Assembly: GCF_009914755.1 (NCBI RefSeq)
Contig: NC_060938.1
Source: the human T2T-CHM13v2.0 reference genome, Homo sapiens
Reading direction: 5' to 3' (one strand)
DNA length: 64,000 nt
The notes under the pieces are model-generated. The model had not been told where the DNA came from and did not search any database. It saw nothing but the letters and a program-made list of their open reading frames with translations. Position 1 is the stretch's first letter, and each line of letters begins with the position of its first letter. Position numbers and translations under genes: made by a program. Shown here in pieces: positions 14,420-32,252 of the stretch.

Positions 14420-15150
14420 GCCTCCTACACTTGTTCCTCTGCCTGTAGTTTATTTCCTAGTTAATGGCACCATCATTCACCCAGCTTCCCAAACCTCTGA
14501 GTCACCTTTTCCCTCCCTAAGCCCAGTGAGTCACCAAATTTTGTGGACTCTACTGATAGTTCCCAAGTTAACTCCCTCCTTTCCATTGACACTGCCACTG
14601 CCACTACCATGGCTTCTGCATCTCCAGAATTGCCCTTCCCAAATCTATCCTTCACTCTGCTCTCAGAATGATCAATTCAGAACATAAATCTCTCCATGTA
14701 ACACTCTTTATTAGAGCTACTGGAGCAGATGAAGTCCCAGCACCTAGTTATGGCTTTCAAAGCCCTCCATCATCTAGGCTCTTCTTCCGTGAACTTCATT
14801 TTCTTTCAACCCTTCAACTTTATGTAACACCAGACCATTTGTAGTTACCCCTCAAACCCTGTCATTTTATGCCTCTGTGCCTTTGCTCAGACTGACTAAT
14901 CTTTCAGGATTTAGCTTGGATATTAGCTCCTCCATGAAACCGTCCCTAAATCCTCCAATTGGACTAAGTACCCTTCATCTGTGCTCCTAGAATCCCCTGT
15001 CACCCCTCTATCTTATCACTACATAACACTGAAATAATCTGTTTACATGACCCCTTCTCCACTTGATGGTAAACTTCTTGAGTGCAGAGACTGTTCACCT
15101 TTGTGGTCCAGCATGGCATGGTGCCCAGGAAATAGTAAGTACTCATTACT
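14420..15150. mobile_element. Degenerate L2
   Basis: aatggcaccatcattcacccag.. and gtgcccaggaaatagtaagtactca.. L2 motifs. Confidence 0.6.
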
Positions 15151-15862
15151 GAGCTGACCAAAAGAATGTACCTTGCATTGCACTCACCAGGGACTGAATG
15201 TGGCAGGAAAGCTTCATATCCCAAGCTTAGGACATGCAGCTGAGAAGATCCCATGCAGGCGTGAATAGGCAGGCCCATCTCATGAGGGACAAAGAGGGCT
15301 AATTGCTCACGGACCTCACTTTGACAAAGTGCCACAAATTCAGACTTACAATCTCCAAATGAAGTTATACATACAGTTTTATATTTTGTGCATCTTTAAA
15401 AGCATTTTAAAGACGCTTTTGAAGGTAAATATTTTAAATATACCATTATTTTTATTTCCTTCTTTTGGTATTTCTTCTCTTTTTAATGTATCAGTAGCCT
15501 CAAAAAATGGACGTGAGATAATACCAAAGTTTAATCAAGGTACCGCAGAATTAAATTGATATCATCAACAGTTAAGAGATGAGATCAGATCTATGCAAAA
15601 ATATTTTCTGGCCCTTGGGCAGGAAGAACAGGAACATGGCAAGTTGTGATCATGCAATAAGTATGCTCAATGAAGAAATCTTACTCAGTGGGACTATAGG
15701 TATGACCAGAGGAAGAATTTGTCCATCCAAAAGATGGCACTCAACATAGAATAGGCGAAACAGAGCATCTGAGACAATAACAGGGGAACCACTCGGACAA
15801 GTGCAGAAAGAGACTCAGCCAATCAAGTGCATTGAACCACCACCAGAGCCTAATATCATTAA

Positions 15863-16126
<264 letters not shown>

Positions 16127-16499
16127 TAAGCAGTTTCCCTCTAAAAATGCTATATTCTTTTAACGCTTTTCTTCACAGAGGCTCAAAGTGCCTTAAATAT
16201 GTTTAAGTCTCTGAAACTTGGGATATAGGGAAAGTGAATAATAAATTATCAATTGTATGATCAATGATGTAAAGTCTGATATTTTTCCCGTGGTTATACT
16301 ATTGCTAAATTGACTTTTCTCTCCAAGAAATCCTCTGAAAACTTCACACCACCACCTGAATGCCCACTCCTGAGCGGTCCGGTCAGGGCTCCATGGGAAT
16401 GCTGACCACACTTCCTCTCAGGGGCAGACCTGCACGGCTGCTCCTCCCCAGTGCCGTTCTTCTCTTACTGCAGAGACTATGTCAGCACGTTATGATTAT

Positions 16500-16692
16500 G
16501 ATGCAGCAGCAACAGAACAATGCCCAGAGCAGCCTGGCCTGTGCTTCTTTTACTAAGTGGTTAGTTGCCTGCTGAGTAGACATAAACACCTGCTAAAGAA
16601 ATGTGAAAAGAGTGGAAACGTGCTATTTGGAGGTTATTTTCCTAGTCGACATCCAGGAGATCTCCAGAGATCTATTTCAGCCCCACCTGTTG
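16500..16692 (+). other. GARIN2: Probable non-coding first exon and promoter region of GARIN2
   Basis: Strong donor TG|GTAAGT at 16692/16693 in unique sequence with no CpG island. The start is inferred from recalled gene extent and is not visible in the sequence. Confidence 0.5.
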
Positions 16693-16934
16693 GTAAGTGA
16701 CTGTCTCATTACTGCAACTTGGGTTTGAAACTGAAGGAGAAGGAAATGAATAGTTCAATTAATTCTGGTAATTCGAGGGCAGAATGTCTATTTTTTTCCA
16801 TCTTCCTCTTCTCCTTCTAGTTTCATTTCTTCTACCTCAACCAGAACAAGCTGAAAAGCCGAGAGACTTAACACCTGGTGACTGCTTTTCTTTTTCTTAG
16901 AAATAATTTCATTGAGAGTTTGAGTTTGAAATGA

Positions 16935-17658
<724 letters not shown>

Positions 17659-18075
17659 TGATTTTTCAGACTGTTATCCCAATTTTTTCTTCCATAAGAA
17701 AAAATTCTCAAAGACTGAGAATTGAGTAAATTTTGGGGGAAACAGCCCTTTTTAATTACTCAAATATTTCAAAGATTCAGAACACAAGGCTTTCTCTTCA
17801 AAGCTGAAAGGTTGGGCATGGGGATATCATTTTCAAGAGATAGAAGCCACAACAGTTAGACTCCTGCAAAGGTGCAACCAGAACTGCAACCTAGAATTGT
17901 GCTGGACCTAGCCTAAAAATATGTTTATTAGTATAGTAAGAATCTTGGGAAAAATCACCCAGGTAAATGCCACACTTCAAAGTGCTGGGAATAATTAACC
18001 TCAAAGCTCCAAGGAGCACAGAGAACAGCTTTAATGAGTGACAGGTAAATGCTGTCATTTAAGAGCTATCATGTA

Positions 18076-18365
18076 GCCAGGTGCAGTGGCTCATGCCTGT
18101 AATCCCAGCACTTTGGGAGGCTGAGGCAGGTGGATCACCTGAGGTCAGGAGTTCAAGACCAGCCTGGCCAACATGGCAAAACTTTGTCTCTACTAAAAAT
18201 ACAAAAATTTGCCAGGCATGGTGGCGGGCGCCTCTAATCCCAGCTACTCAGGAGGCTGAAGCATGAGAATCACTTGAACCCAGGAGGTAGAGGTTGCAGT
18301 GAGCCAAGATCACACCACTGCACTCCAGCCTGGGTGATGGAGCGAGACTCCGTCTCAAAAAAAAA
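18076..18365 (+). mobile_element. AluSx-like
   Basis: TSD aa(g/c)agc(t/c)atcatgta. Confidence 0.9.
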
Positions 18366-19860
18366 CAGCCATCATGTAATTACAGACAAATAACACAGTA
18401 AAAAGACCCAGAATCCAGGTAGTTGGTTTCACTATAGAAATCTTTCAACTTTGCCAGAGGTTTGAAACTTTTTATAATAAAATATTGGAGGGAAAAGACC
18501 ACATGGTAATGGTCAACAGGAAACATTTGTAGAGGACATTTTAGGGGCATGTACAGACATCCCTCTGAATTAGGCAGTCAGAAAAGCCAACCAAGACAGT
18601 GCAACACTGGCTTTTCAGATTCCCACTCTCTCCCCTTCCCAATGGCCATGAACACTCAAGCTGTCACATTTCCAAAAATTTCCAGATGACTGCATTTATC
18701 CCCAGGAAAATAAAGGCACCCCACCCCTACCACAGGGTGAACAATCCCATATCCGTATCTAAGAATAGTAGTTCTCAGCCCTAATGGAGCCTTGATCATC
18801 CTTGAAACAGTATACACAGATAGGGAAGCCCTGACGACACCATGGAACGTCTAGAGAGCAGCTGAAGTGGCTCCCTCTTGAAACACATACAGCACATTGC
18901 TTGGTTTTCCTACAGAAGAACTAGCGTTGGTTTCCGATCTGTAATCAGATTTAATAAGGAATCTCTCTTTTCTTTTACTAAAAGTAGCCAACTACACTTT
19001 GTCAAATGAAAACTATACTGTAATTCTGCAGAAACGTACAACCTAATGTAGCTGTCTGCTGAATGAATCACCATTCAGTTGGAACTTGAAAAACAAGAGA
19101 AAGGATTGAGGGGGAGAAAAAGTACTGGTTAAAAGAAGTAACAGAGACCGCAAGGGATCAGCTAGTGCTAGAACGAGCTCATCCATCTCAAATAAAACTC
19201 CATTCTTTGTGCCACCCTCGCTCTGCAGTGCAGCAAAAGCCCTTCCCTGCAACATAGCTCTGCATCCTGCCTGCTTAATTAGATGAATAGGACATTGAAT
19301 AGGCCTAGCAAAAGGCAAACATTGTTGGAAAAATATAAGCTATGATTGTGAAGATTAATACACAATCGTGATAGAATAACTTGTGACAAAAGATTCCATG
19401 TGTCTGTGCCATGGAGCTAGCTCTGTGTTTCCATGATAGCCCATAACAACCCTGCTTTAATTCTCACTTTCATTCAACAAGTAGTTTTGTTTGTTTCTTT
19501 CTTTTATTTCCCTACCTAACACCTTGAACAATCAACATGTATTTTTGAGTCACCAAAGTTAATTATGATATCTTAGTAAGGTGATTGGATCAGAGGGTGG
19601 GGTCTGAACTGATTCTCAGGCTTGATTGCCTGTCTCTACTGTGCCCGCACACCGAGAAGGCAAAGCAGAGTGCAAGGAGCTTATCAGGAGAGAACCCAGA
19701 AACCATCTGTTTCTTTTTAAATAAAATCATTTCTTAAGCATCAGTTTAACCACTGGCCACAATTATTTTGCCACTCTTTACAAGACATTGTCATGTTCCA
19801 AATAGCTTGACACCATGATTGATAGCTGCTGTTTTAAAAAAAAAATTTAATGTTATGGGG

Positions 19861-20773
19861 ATATATTAATATATATTACACATATTTTAACATATATTAC
19901 ATATATATGTATGTGTGTGTATATATAGATATAGATATCTATATGTACAGATCTATATATATATCTATATATAGATATACAGATATATATAGATATATAG
20001 ATATATATCTAGATATCGATATCTAGATATATATAGATATATATGTATATATAGATATCTAGATAAATATCTCTATATATCTATATATCGATATCTAGAT
20101 ATAGATCTCTCTATATATCTCTATATATCAATATCTAGATATAGATATATCTCTATCAATATCTAGATATAGATATATCTCTATATCTATATATATCCAT
20201 ATATCTATCTATATCTCTATATATCTCTATATAGATATCTCTCTATATATCTCTATATAGACATCTATCTATATATCTCTATATAGACATCTATATATCT
20301 CTATATAGACATCTATCTATATATCTCTATATAGACATCTATCTATATATCTCTATATAGACATCTATCTATATATCTCTATATAGACATCTATCTATAT
20401 ATCTCTATATAGACATCTATCTATATATCTCTATATAGATATCTATATATCTCTATATAGATATCTATCTATATAGAGATATATAATCTATCTATATATC
20501 TAGATATATCTAGATATATCTAGATATATATCTATATATCTATATTTATATCTGTATATCTAGATACAGATCTCTATATATCTAGATATCTAGATATCTA
20601 GATACAGATAGCTATATATCTAGATATCCATATATATATATCTAGATATAGATCTATAGAAATATATATCTATATATAGATCTATATCTATATAGATCTA
20701 TATATAGATATAGATATATATCTATAGATATATAGATAGAAATATATCTATCTATATAGATATAGATATATAG
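19861..20773. repeat. Complex (TA)n/(TAGA)n/(TCTA)n repeat with an internal 26-bp minisatellite
   Basis: About 900 bp built almost entirely from TA, GATA and TATC words. Unit CTCTATATAGACATCTATCTATATAT occurs 7 times (one copy 22 nt) at 20251-20428. Confidence 0.97.
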
Positions 20774-20779
20774 AAATTA

Positions 20780-22127
<1,348 letters not shown>

Positions 22128-22814
22128 CTGGACTAATTAACTAGGATAATTGGAGATGTTGGTGGGGTGAGGGGTGTAGTGCACAGGTATCTCAAATCAC
22201 AGTTACAACAAAACCAGGCAAAATTTAGCACACACTTCTCAGCTATATGCATAATCCAAAAGTGTAAAAATAATTCCAGAACAATTATTTAGAACATCAC
22301 AGCAAAGTTGATAAAAGAGCCTGTTAACACTTTCTGCTCCTCAGCTAACCTCAACTTTGTTCAAAAAGGAAGAGGGGCGAGACCCAGTCGTGGCTGCAAA
22401 TATCCTTGAATTCCTTCCTTTTCTCTCATTTCCTCCTCCCTCTCTGTGTCCTGAATCCACAGCTACACCTTTTCCCCTGGGAGATCATCCACTCTTTGCT
22501 CTCTGGAAGGAGAATTCTCAGATGCAAGGGATTCTGGAGATCTCCTAAATGACAGCAGTGGAAAGGGCCTTTCGCTATCCCAGCAGCCATGTGGCATATC
22601 CTGATTAGCAAGTGTGAACCGTAGACACACCCTCCAGTATGCAGTATTTTCATTTTCTCAGAGTGAATTGTTTTTCCAAAATGTGCACTCTTTCACTTAA
22701 CTCTGTATGAACAAGAGTTGACTACTGCATCTCCTCAAATCTAAGATACACCAATTATAAGATATATTATTATTTTATGTGCCACTAAGAAAGGAAACAT
22801 GCTGCTAATTATAG

Positions 22815-23166
<352 letters not shown>

Positions 23167-23307
23167 AAATAATGCTTTCTATGGGAATTTTCCCACACAA
23201 TATCTAGCTGTTGTTCCTGTGCCATCATCCTCTGTGCATTTCTTAAAGGGCTCCACTCTAGTCTTTAGGACCTTCTTCTAAGCCTCTGACAAGTTTCATA
23301 CTGGAGC

Positions 23308-23642
23308 TTTCTTTTTCTTTCCTTTCTTTTCTTTTCTTTCTTTCTTTTTTTTTTTTGATGGAGTTTTGCTCTTGTCGCCCAGCCTGCAGTGCATTGGCAC
23401 AGTCTTGGCTCACTGCAACCTCCACCTCTCATGTTCAAGTGATTCTCCTGCCTCAGTCTCCCGAATAGCTGGGATTACAGGCACCTGTCACCATGCCAGG
23501 CTAATTTTTATATTTTCAGTAGAGACAGGATTTCACGACGTTGGCCAGGCCAGGCTGATCTTGAACTCCTGACCTAAGGTGATCTGCCCGCCTTGGCCTC
23601 TTAAAGTGCTGGGATTATAGGCGTGAGCTACTGCACCTGGCC
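23308..23642 (-). mobile_element. AluS
   Basis: TSD ggagctttctt. Confidence 0.9.
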
Positions 23643-23978
23643 AGGAGCTTTCTTAATCTTACTAGAAGATGTCAACAAAAGGTTTTCAGGTAATCGTAAG
23701 GAGCACACTTTAAACAGCAATTAAATGCAACCCAGGTAATACAGTCTGTACTGCTTCCTTTGCCACATTATCAAATATCCTCATTGGCCATAGGAGCTCA
23801 GGATTCCACTGTTTGGCAGTTTCAGGCCAATTATGAGCTATGGACTCATGACTCTGGTTCCACTCACCAAAAGACCACGGTGAGGATCATCAACAACAGC
23901 TCAGCTCAGACATAGACAGCAGCCTCGGACTCCGCTTCACCTACCCAGTATACTTACAAGAACTCTAACTCTTTCTGA

Positions 23979-24359
<381 letters not shown>

Positions 24360-24391
24360 TGATTTTCTTTTTGTTGTTTCTTTTACAAAAG

Positions 24392-24478
24392 ATTTCATCA
24401 TGAAAAGGAGGAAGCTCAAACTGAAGTGAGTTAAAAACTTCATCTCCTAGAGAGGACTGTGGCTCGGCCTGAGTTGAG
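24392..24478 (+). other. GARIN2: Probable 5' UTR exon of GARIN2
   Basis: Long T-rich tract with aag acceptor at 24391; donor GAG|gtgaga at 24478 and an alternative GAA|gtgagt at 24425. Confidence 0.55.
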
Positions 24479-24654
24479 GTGAGATTTGATGGTTCTTACA
24501 GATAAACCATGTGGGCTGCATGGCCACATCCTCTCCTGCCCTTTTCTCTTTTCCTTCCTTTCCCTCTTCCTTCTTCTACTTACTTTACTTTCCAAGATTT
24601 ATTTTCTTCTTTCTCTCTCCTGGAGACTTAATATACTGAAGATGCTGCCTATAT

Positions 24655-24737
24655 CAGTGGTCCCCTTGGCAGCAGGGACCAGTGTTGTGGAAGGCAATTT
24701 TTCCACCGACTTAGAGTCTCATAAGGAGCGCGCAACC
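24655..24737 (+). mobile_element. MER1-like (hAT-Charlie) fragment
   Basis: cagtggtcccc..cagggacc..gtggaaggcaatttttccac..ttagagtctcataaggagcgcgcaacc. Confidence 0.7.
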
Positions 24738-24899
24738 AAGAGCTAAGCCTCAGTTATGGGTGAATAGTCTGGAAAAAGTGTTCTCAGTTTAGTATAGCTT
24801 TGATACCCTGCTTACAAAAAGGGATTGGAGAATCCTGCATGATGAAGAGGGTACCATCAATTTGGAAGATAGAAAATAATGGTCTGTGGGGGAATATAT

Positions 24900-25195
24900 T
24901 GAGAGACCTCCTAGAGAAGCCTTTCCTGCTACCCTAATAGGTGTCTCCAGCCCTATACTCTGGTCATTTTTTACTATATGTATCTGTTTTCAAGTCCTGA
25001 TAGTCCCTATCATCCAACATCTTGTCTGAGTTTCTTTTGGCTTGCTTACTACCTGTCTCCCCATAGAGTGTAAGCTGAATGAGGGCAGAGATCTTATCAG
25101 TCCTGTTTAGATGTATGTATTAATACAAGTGCCTGGTGCAGTGCCAAGCATATCACAGATATTGATAAAATTTGCTGAATTAATAAATAAATGAA
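24900..25195. mobile_element. L2 3' fragment
   Basis: acctcctagagaagcctttcc..tgtaagctgaatgagggcagag..tttgctgaattaataaataaatgaa. Confidence 0.7.
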
Positions 25196-25216
25196 GCAAC
25201 TTAATTATGATATTAA

Positions 25217-25465
<249 letters not shown>

Positions 25466-26160
25466 TAAGTTCCAATAACTTCAGTAATTTTCTCAAAGAA
25501 AACTGAAAAGGATGGTAGGAGAATTGTTTTAAATGTGCCGAGGGAATGTGTGATACTACAAAAGAGAACAGTTTGGGAACTTTAAAAAACCTGAAATAAT
25601 TACAATGTTAAAGGACATTTACTTCAAATGTCCCCAAAACTCTTGTGAAGGACTTCTGTCTTAACTCTACCATAATTGCCATTCCATCATAATCTTCCCA
25701 AAATTACATGAAGCCGTTTTTGGCATTTCCCGCCACAGGGAAACATACAGATAACTTCTTTCTTAGGCGTAGAAGACATTCTAAAGAACATCTATGACTA
25801 GGGATTACAATGAATCTTAACTCCTAGTTCTGAAGGTAAATTGTCAGATGGTGTCGGGGAGAAAAGCTCCCTTCTCATAAGAATGTCCCTACATTATGAA
25901 TGAAACTGCATTTCTATGCATTTGGGAGCAATGCTAACTTTTCTCTAAACATTCAACATTAAAATATTCAGACAAAGAAATGGTGAAATGAGTTCAATGA
26001 TAGGGGTCATACCTCTAAAGTTCCTAGAAATTCCATAACAAAGTCTAACACTAAACACTGAGCTATTACCTCTAACTCTTAATACATTCGAGAAGCTGCT
26101 CAGCTGATTTCACAGAGGGGTGACAAGGGAGGACAACAGACACTTCAAAAGGCAAGAAGA

Positions 26161-27681
26161 GGATGGCAGGAGCTCTTTTGCCATGGCTACCAGGCCGATC
26201 TCCGAGCGGAACCAGGATGCCACTGTGTACGTGGGGGGCCTGAATGAGAAGGTTAGTGAACCGCTACTGTGGGAACTGTTTCTCCAGGCTGGACCAGTAG
26301 TCAACACCCACATGCCAAAGGATAGAGTCACTGGCCAGCACCAAGGCTATGACTTTGTGAATTCTTGAGTGAGGATGATGCTGACTATGCCATTAAGATC
26401 ATGAACATGATCAGACTCTATGGGAAGCCAATACGGGTGAACAAGGCATCAGCTCACAACAAAAACCTGGATGTAGGGGCCAACATTTTCAATGGGAACC
26501 TGGACCCTGAGATTGATGAGAAGTTGCTTTATGATACTTTCAGCGCCTTTGGGGTCATCTTACAAACCCCCAAGATTATGTGGGACCCTGACACAGGCAA
26601 CTCCAAAGGTTATGCCTTTATTAATTTTGCTTCATTTGATGCTTCAGTTGCAGCAATTGAAGCCATGAATGGGCAGTACCTCTGTAACCACCCTATCACC
26701 GTATCTTATGCCTTCGAGAAGGACTCCAAGGGTGAGCGCCATGGCTTAGCAGCTGGACGACTTCTGGCAGCTCAGAACCCGCTCTCCCAGCCTGACCGCC
26801 CTCATCAGCTGTTTGCAGATGCACCTCCTTCACCCTCTGCCCCCAATCCTGTGGTATCATCATTGGGGTCTGGGCTTCCTCCACCAGGCATGCCTCCTCC
26901 TGGCTCCTTCCCACCCCCAGTGCTGCCTCCTGGAGCCCTCCCACCTGGGATACCCCCAGCCATGCCCCACCACCTATGCCTCCTGGGGCTGCAGGACATG
27001 GCCCCCCATCGGCAGGAACCCCAGGGGCAGGACATCCTGGTCATGGACACTCCCAAGCTCACCCATTCCCACCAGGAGGAGTGCCCCATCCAGGGATGTC
27101 TCAGATGCAGCTGGCACACCATGGACCTCATGGTTTAGGACATCCCCATTCTGGACACCCAGGCTCTGGGGGACAGCCACCACCCCAACCACCACCTGGA
27201 ATGCCTTATCCTGGACCTCCTCCAATGGGCATGCCCCCCCGAAGGCCTCCATTCTGATCTCCCATGGGTCACCCAGGTCCTATGCCTCCACATGGTATGC
27301 GTGGACTTCCTCCACTGATGCCCCCCATGGATACACTGGCCCTCCACAACCCACACCCTATGGCTACCAGCCTCTCCCTCCAACCAGGCCCACTCCCCAG
27401 CCACCAGTTGCCCCTCGAGGCCCGCTTTGGAGCCCTCTCCCTCAGTAAATTCACATTTTCCTTCCTCCTATTACATCTTCCCAATATCTTTTCGATACCT
27501 TGGACCAATCAGAGATGCTGTAGCTCCTTGGGGCTAAGGCACTAATCCCTTTCAGCACCCCCACCCCATTCCCCTTTTTAATGTAACTTTTTCCACAGGA
27601 GGTATTTCTTTTTTATGTTGGTCCTGAGTATTTTGCAAATGCACAGAGAAAATAAAACTAAACTCCTTGTTTAAAAAAAAA
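26161..27681 (+). pseudogene. SF3B4P1: Processed pseudogene of SF3B4 (SAP49; two RRMs plus Pro-rich tail)
   Basis: Intronless. ATG 26183 ([16 protein letters not shown]). Frameshifts at ~26358, ~26966 and ~27325, nonsense at 27255-27257, ancestral stop at 27446-27448. AATAAA at 27651 and A tail at 27673-27681. Degenerate TSD aaaaggcaagaaga / aaaatgtaaggaga. The P1 symbol is from memory. Confidence 0.95.
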
Positions 27682-28059
27682 TGTAAGGAGACTTCATCTT
27701 CCATTAACACGTTCTCTGCACTCATACTTGAGTACTAGTGTGAGCTACCCACCTCCAGTATACCATAGGCAGGAGGTGAAACCTCCCAAAACATCTAATG
27801 TTTTACTGATGTCCCTAGAACGCATGTGACAAGTCATGATTTGATGTACTTTACCTTATACATACTTCTTTCCTACTAATAATGTTTTCATTTTTTCACC
27901 TTTCATCCTGTGCTGTTTCCAAGTTAGTTACCTTTTGCACACTCTAATAAAATTACATAGTACTTGTCCAACATTGGGGGTAGTTAGCAGTCTATAGGTC
28001 AGACGTTGCCCCCATCGTAATTTGATAACTCATATCCTTCAAGATGCACAACCCCACCT

Positions 28060-28885
28060 GGTTAGCATGTCTTTGGCAGCAAGTTACCAAGATTCCTGAC
28101 TGAACAGGTTTAAATGAAAAAAGAAAAACAATTAGGCTGGGTGCAGTGGCTCATGGCTATAATCCCAGTACTTTGAAAGGACAAGGCAGGAGGATCGCTT
28201 GAGGCCAGGTTCAAGACTGACCTGGGCAACAAGTGAGATCCCATCTCTAAAAACACTTTTAAAAATTAGCAGGGTGCAGTGCTGCACACCTGTATTCCTA
28301 GCTACTCGGAAGGCTGAGGAGGGAGGATTGCTTAAGCCCAGGAGCTCCAGGCTGCAGTGAGCTAGGATGGCGCTACTGCACTCCAGCCTGGATGATAAGA
28401 CAAGACTTTGTCTCTAAAAACAAACAAATAAATATTTTTAAAAAAATTTAAAAGAGAGCAATTATCTCAAATAGAGTGAAAGAGCCCCAGGGCATCAGCT
28501 CACTCCCAGTAGAAGACCCCAATTCTCTCTTTTTGCTCTGTCACCTTCAAGCCAGCTCCCCTCAGGGCCTCACATCTAAACAGGACAATGATAGCTGCCA
28601 GCAGTAGAAGATATTCATCTCATCCTGGTGGCTCTGTCTCCTGGTGGCTCTGAGAAACGTTTTCCAGGGTTGGAGGATACCTCCTGTATGTCTTGCTGGT
28701 CACATGCCACTGCTGAAACCAGTCACTGGCAAGGGGTGTGGAGTGGAACCACCACTACCCATTTAAGTTAATCAGGATTTAATCCCTGAGCTGGGTCATC
28801 ATCCCTGAGCCATGATATTGGACAAAACCAGGATTCTGTTAATCCAGAAGAAGAGGGGCACAGTTTGGGTAAGTTATCAATAGTG
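28060..28885. mobile_element. MLT1-type MaLR LTR remnant interrupted by an AluJ (+, 28135-28430)
   Basis: ttagcatgtctttggcagcaagttac.. MLT1-like start; the Alu itself is clear. Confidence 0.5.
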
Positions 28886-29187
28886 TGAGCTACAACCTCT
28901 TTCTTTCAATGATGTATTTTTTAATTGAACCAATTATCATACAGCTGAGAAACTACAGTGTAGCTCCTCTCTGCCTTCCTTCATTTCCCTGTCTGCCCAT
29001 CCTCCAGTCTCTTCTTCTACCAAGTGGCAGAGATTTTACTGGCCAAGTTTCTTGGACTTCAGGGTTTTTATACATGCTGTTCCTCTGCCTGGAAACCTCT
29101 CCTCTCAACCCAGCCAGTTTATTTCCCACATAGTTCAGGTATCAGCTAGAGGTCTCTTCCTCAGGGGAGACTTCCATGAGTCCATAT

Positions 29188-29885
29188 CCAGGGGTGTGCC
29201 AGAACTGGTCGATTGGTACGTGTTCAGGAAATTTGCAAGTCAGTTGTTAAACACAGCCATTATTAAAAATTAAATTATAGGCCAGGCACAGCGGCTCACG
29301 CCTGTAATCCCAGCACTTTGGTAGGCTAAAGTGGGTGGATCACCCGAGGTCAGGAGTTCGAGACCAGCCCCACCAACATGGTGAAGCCCCGTCTCTCCTA
29401 AAAATACAAAAATTAGCCGGGCTTGGTGGCATGTGCCTGTAATCCCAGCTACTTGGGAGGCTGAGACAGGAGAATCATTTGAACCTGGGAGGCAGAGGTT
29501 GTAGTAAGCCGAGATCACCCATGGCACTCCAGCCTGGGCAACAGAACGAGACTGCACCTAAAAAAAAATTAAATTCTTAAAAATTAAATTTTATAAACTT
29601 ACATTATATCTAAAATAAGGGCAATAAATATTCAAAACTCATCATTCCTATTCTTTTACTACATTTTACTGTTGTCTATACTTCTAAGGTTATAAATATA
29701 AGAAGAGTTTGGCAAGAGTTTGTGGAATTTATTAATTGGCTCTATGGAATTTAAACTAAAGACTAAAGAATATTGCATATTATTTGTAAATTTGTATGCT
29801 ACTTGTCTTTTATGTCAGTAACACTTTAAACTTATGTGTAAATGTGTGTACCTCCCAAGACCTAACTGTTACCAGAACATCACTG
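29188..29885. mobile_element. MER63-like hAT element with a nested AluS (+, 29280-29568)
   Basis: TIR-like ends ccaggggtgtgc / ccagaacatcactg; gttaaacacagccattattaaaaattaaatta core; Alu TSD aaaaattaaatt. Confidence 0.65.
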
Positions 29886-30088
29886 CCTGTCTCCCCACTC
29901 TAAGCTAAGTCAAGTCCTCTGTTATGTGCTCCTGTAACATCCTGGACTTGTACTTGGTAAAACTTCTTATAGTAATAATTAGTCACATACTTAAATTGTT
30001 TAATGTTTGCCTTCCCTGGTAGGCCCCCATGGGTCAGAGGCTGTGTCTGTTCCCTGCGGTATCTCCAAGAATTAGCATGAGCAAGTGA

Positions 30089-30415
<327 letters not shown>

Positions 30416-30821
30416 TGAGTTACAAAGAGAAGAGGTTAAAGATCTCTCAGAAGATGTGCATTAGCCCTGTGGATCTGAAAACGGAAACACTGATGACAAT
30501 TGCGCCAGTGGAGCATGTTACTCGCACTCCCTGCTGCAAATGACAAAGAGGAGCATCCTTGAAGACGGGTGAAATCATGTATGACAATGGGTATCCAACA
30601 GGCAGTTAATTTTTAAAAAACTAAATCTAATTAACAGGAACTGAAGACTCATAATAAACTACCTTTCTAGAACATGCCTCCTCTTCCACAGCATCCCAGC
30701 TTCCAGCAGAATTAGCTCTGGTCCTGTCTCAGCCACTAACTTGGTCTATGATCATGAGCAAATTGCTTAACTTTAAGTCAACTTTGAAGGATTAATTTAA
30801 ATGGACGCTTTCTCATGGTAA

Positions 30822-31169
<348 letters not shown>

Positions 31170-31259
31170 TGATTAAGATGAGATGGTTCTCAGGAGCCCC
31201 TACCCAGACCTATCTGGGAGGCAAGTCTGGTGTCTTGAGTCTCACTCTTCAAACTACTA

Positions 31260-31578
<319 letters not shown>

Positions 31579-31634
31579 TATATATATATATAAGAAAGGC
31601 CTTTTTATAAGCCTCCCATCAGGTCTCCAGATGA

Positions 31635-32252
<618 letters not shown>

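Noticed and set aside
16360-16575. 71-aa ORF with a short polyQ near the presumed GARIN2 TSS
   Set aside because: Not connected in frame to the GARIN2 CDS and has no homology; at most a uORF, and the TSS is uncertain.
20251-20428. Regularly repeated 26-bp units resembling a CRISPR-like array
   Set aside because: No unique spacers; a simple VNTR inside a TA microsatellite in primate DNA.
26696-27545. Multiple overlapping ORFs on both strands
   Set aside because: By-products of the GC-rich, frameshifted Pro/Gly-coding tail of the SF3B4 pseudogene.
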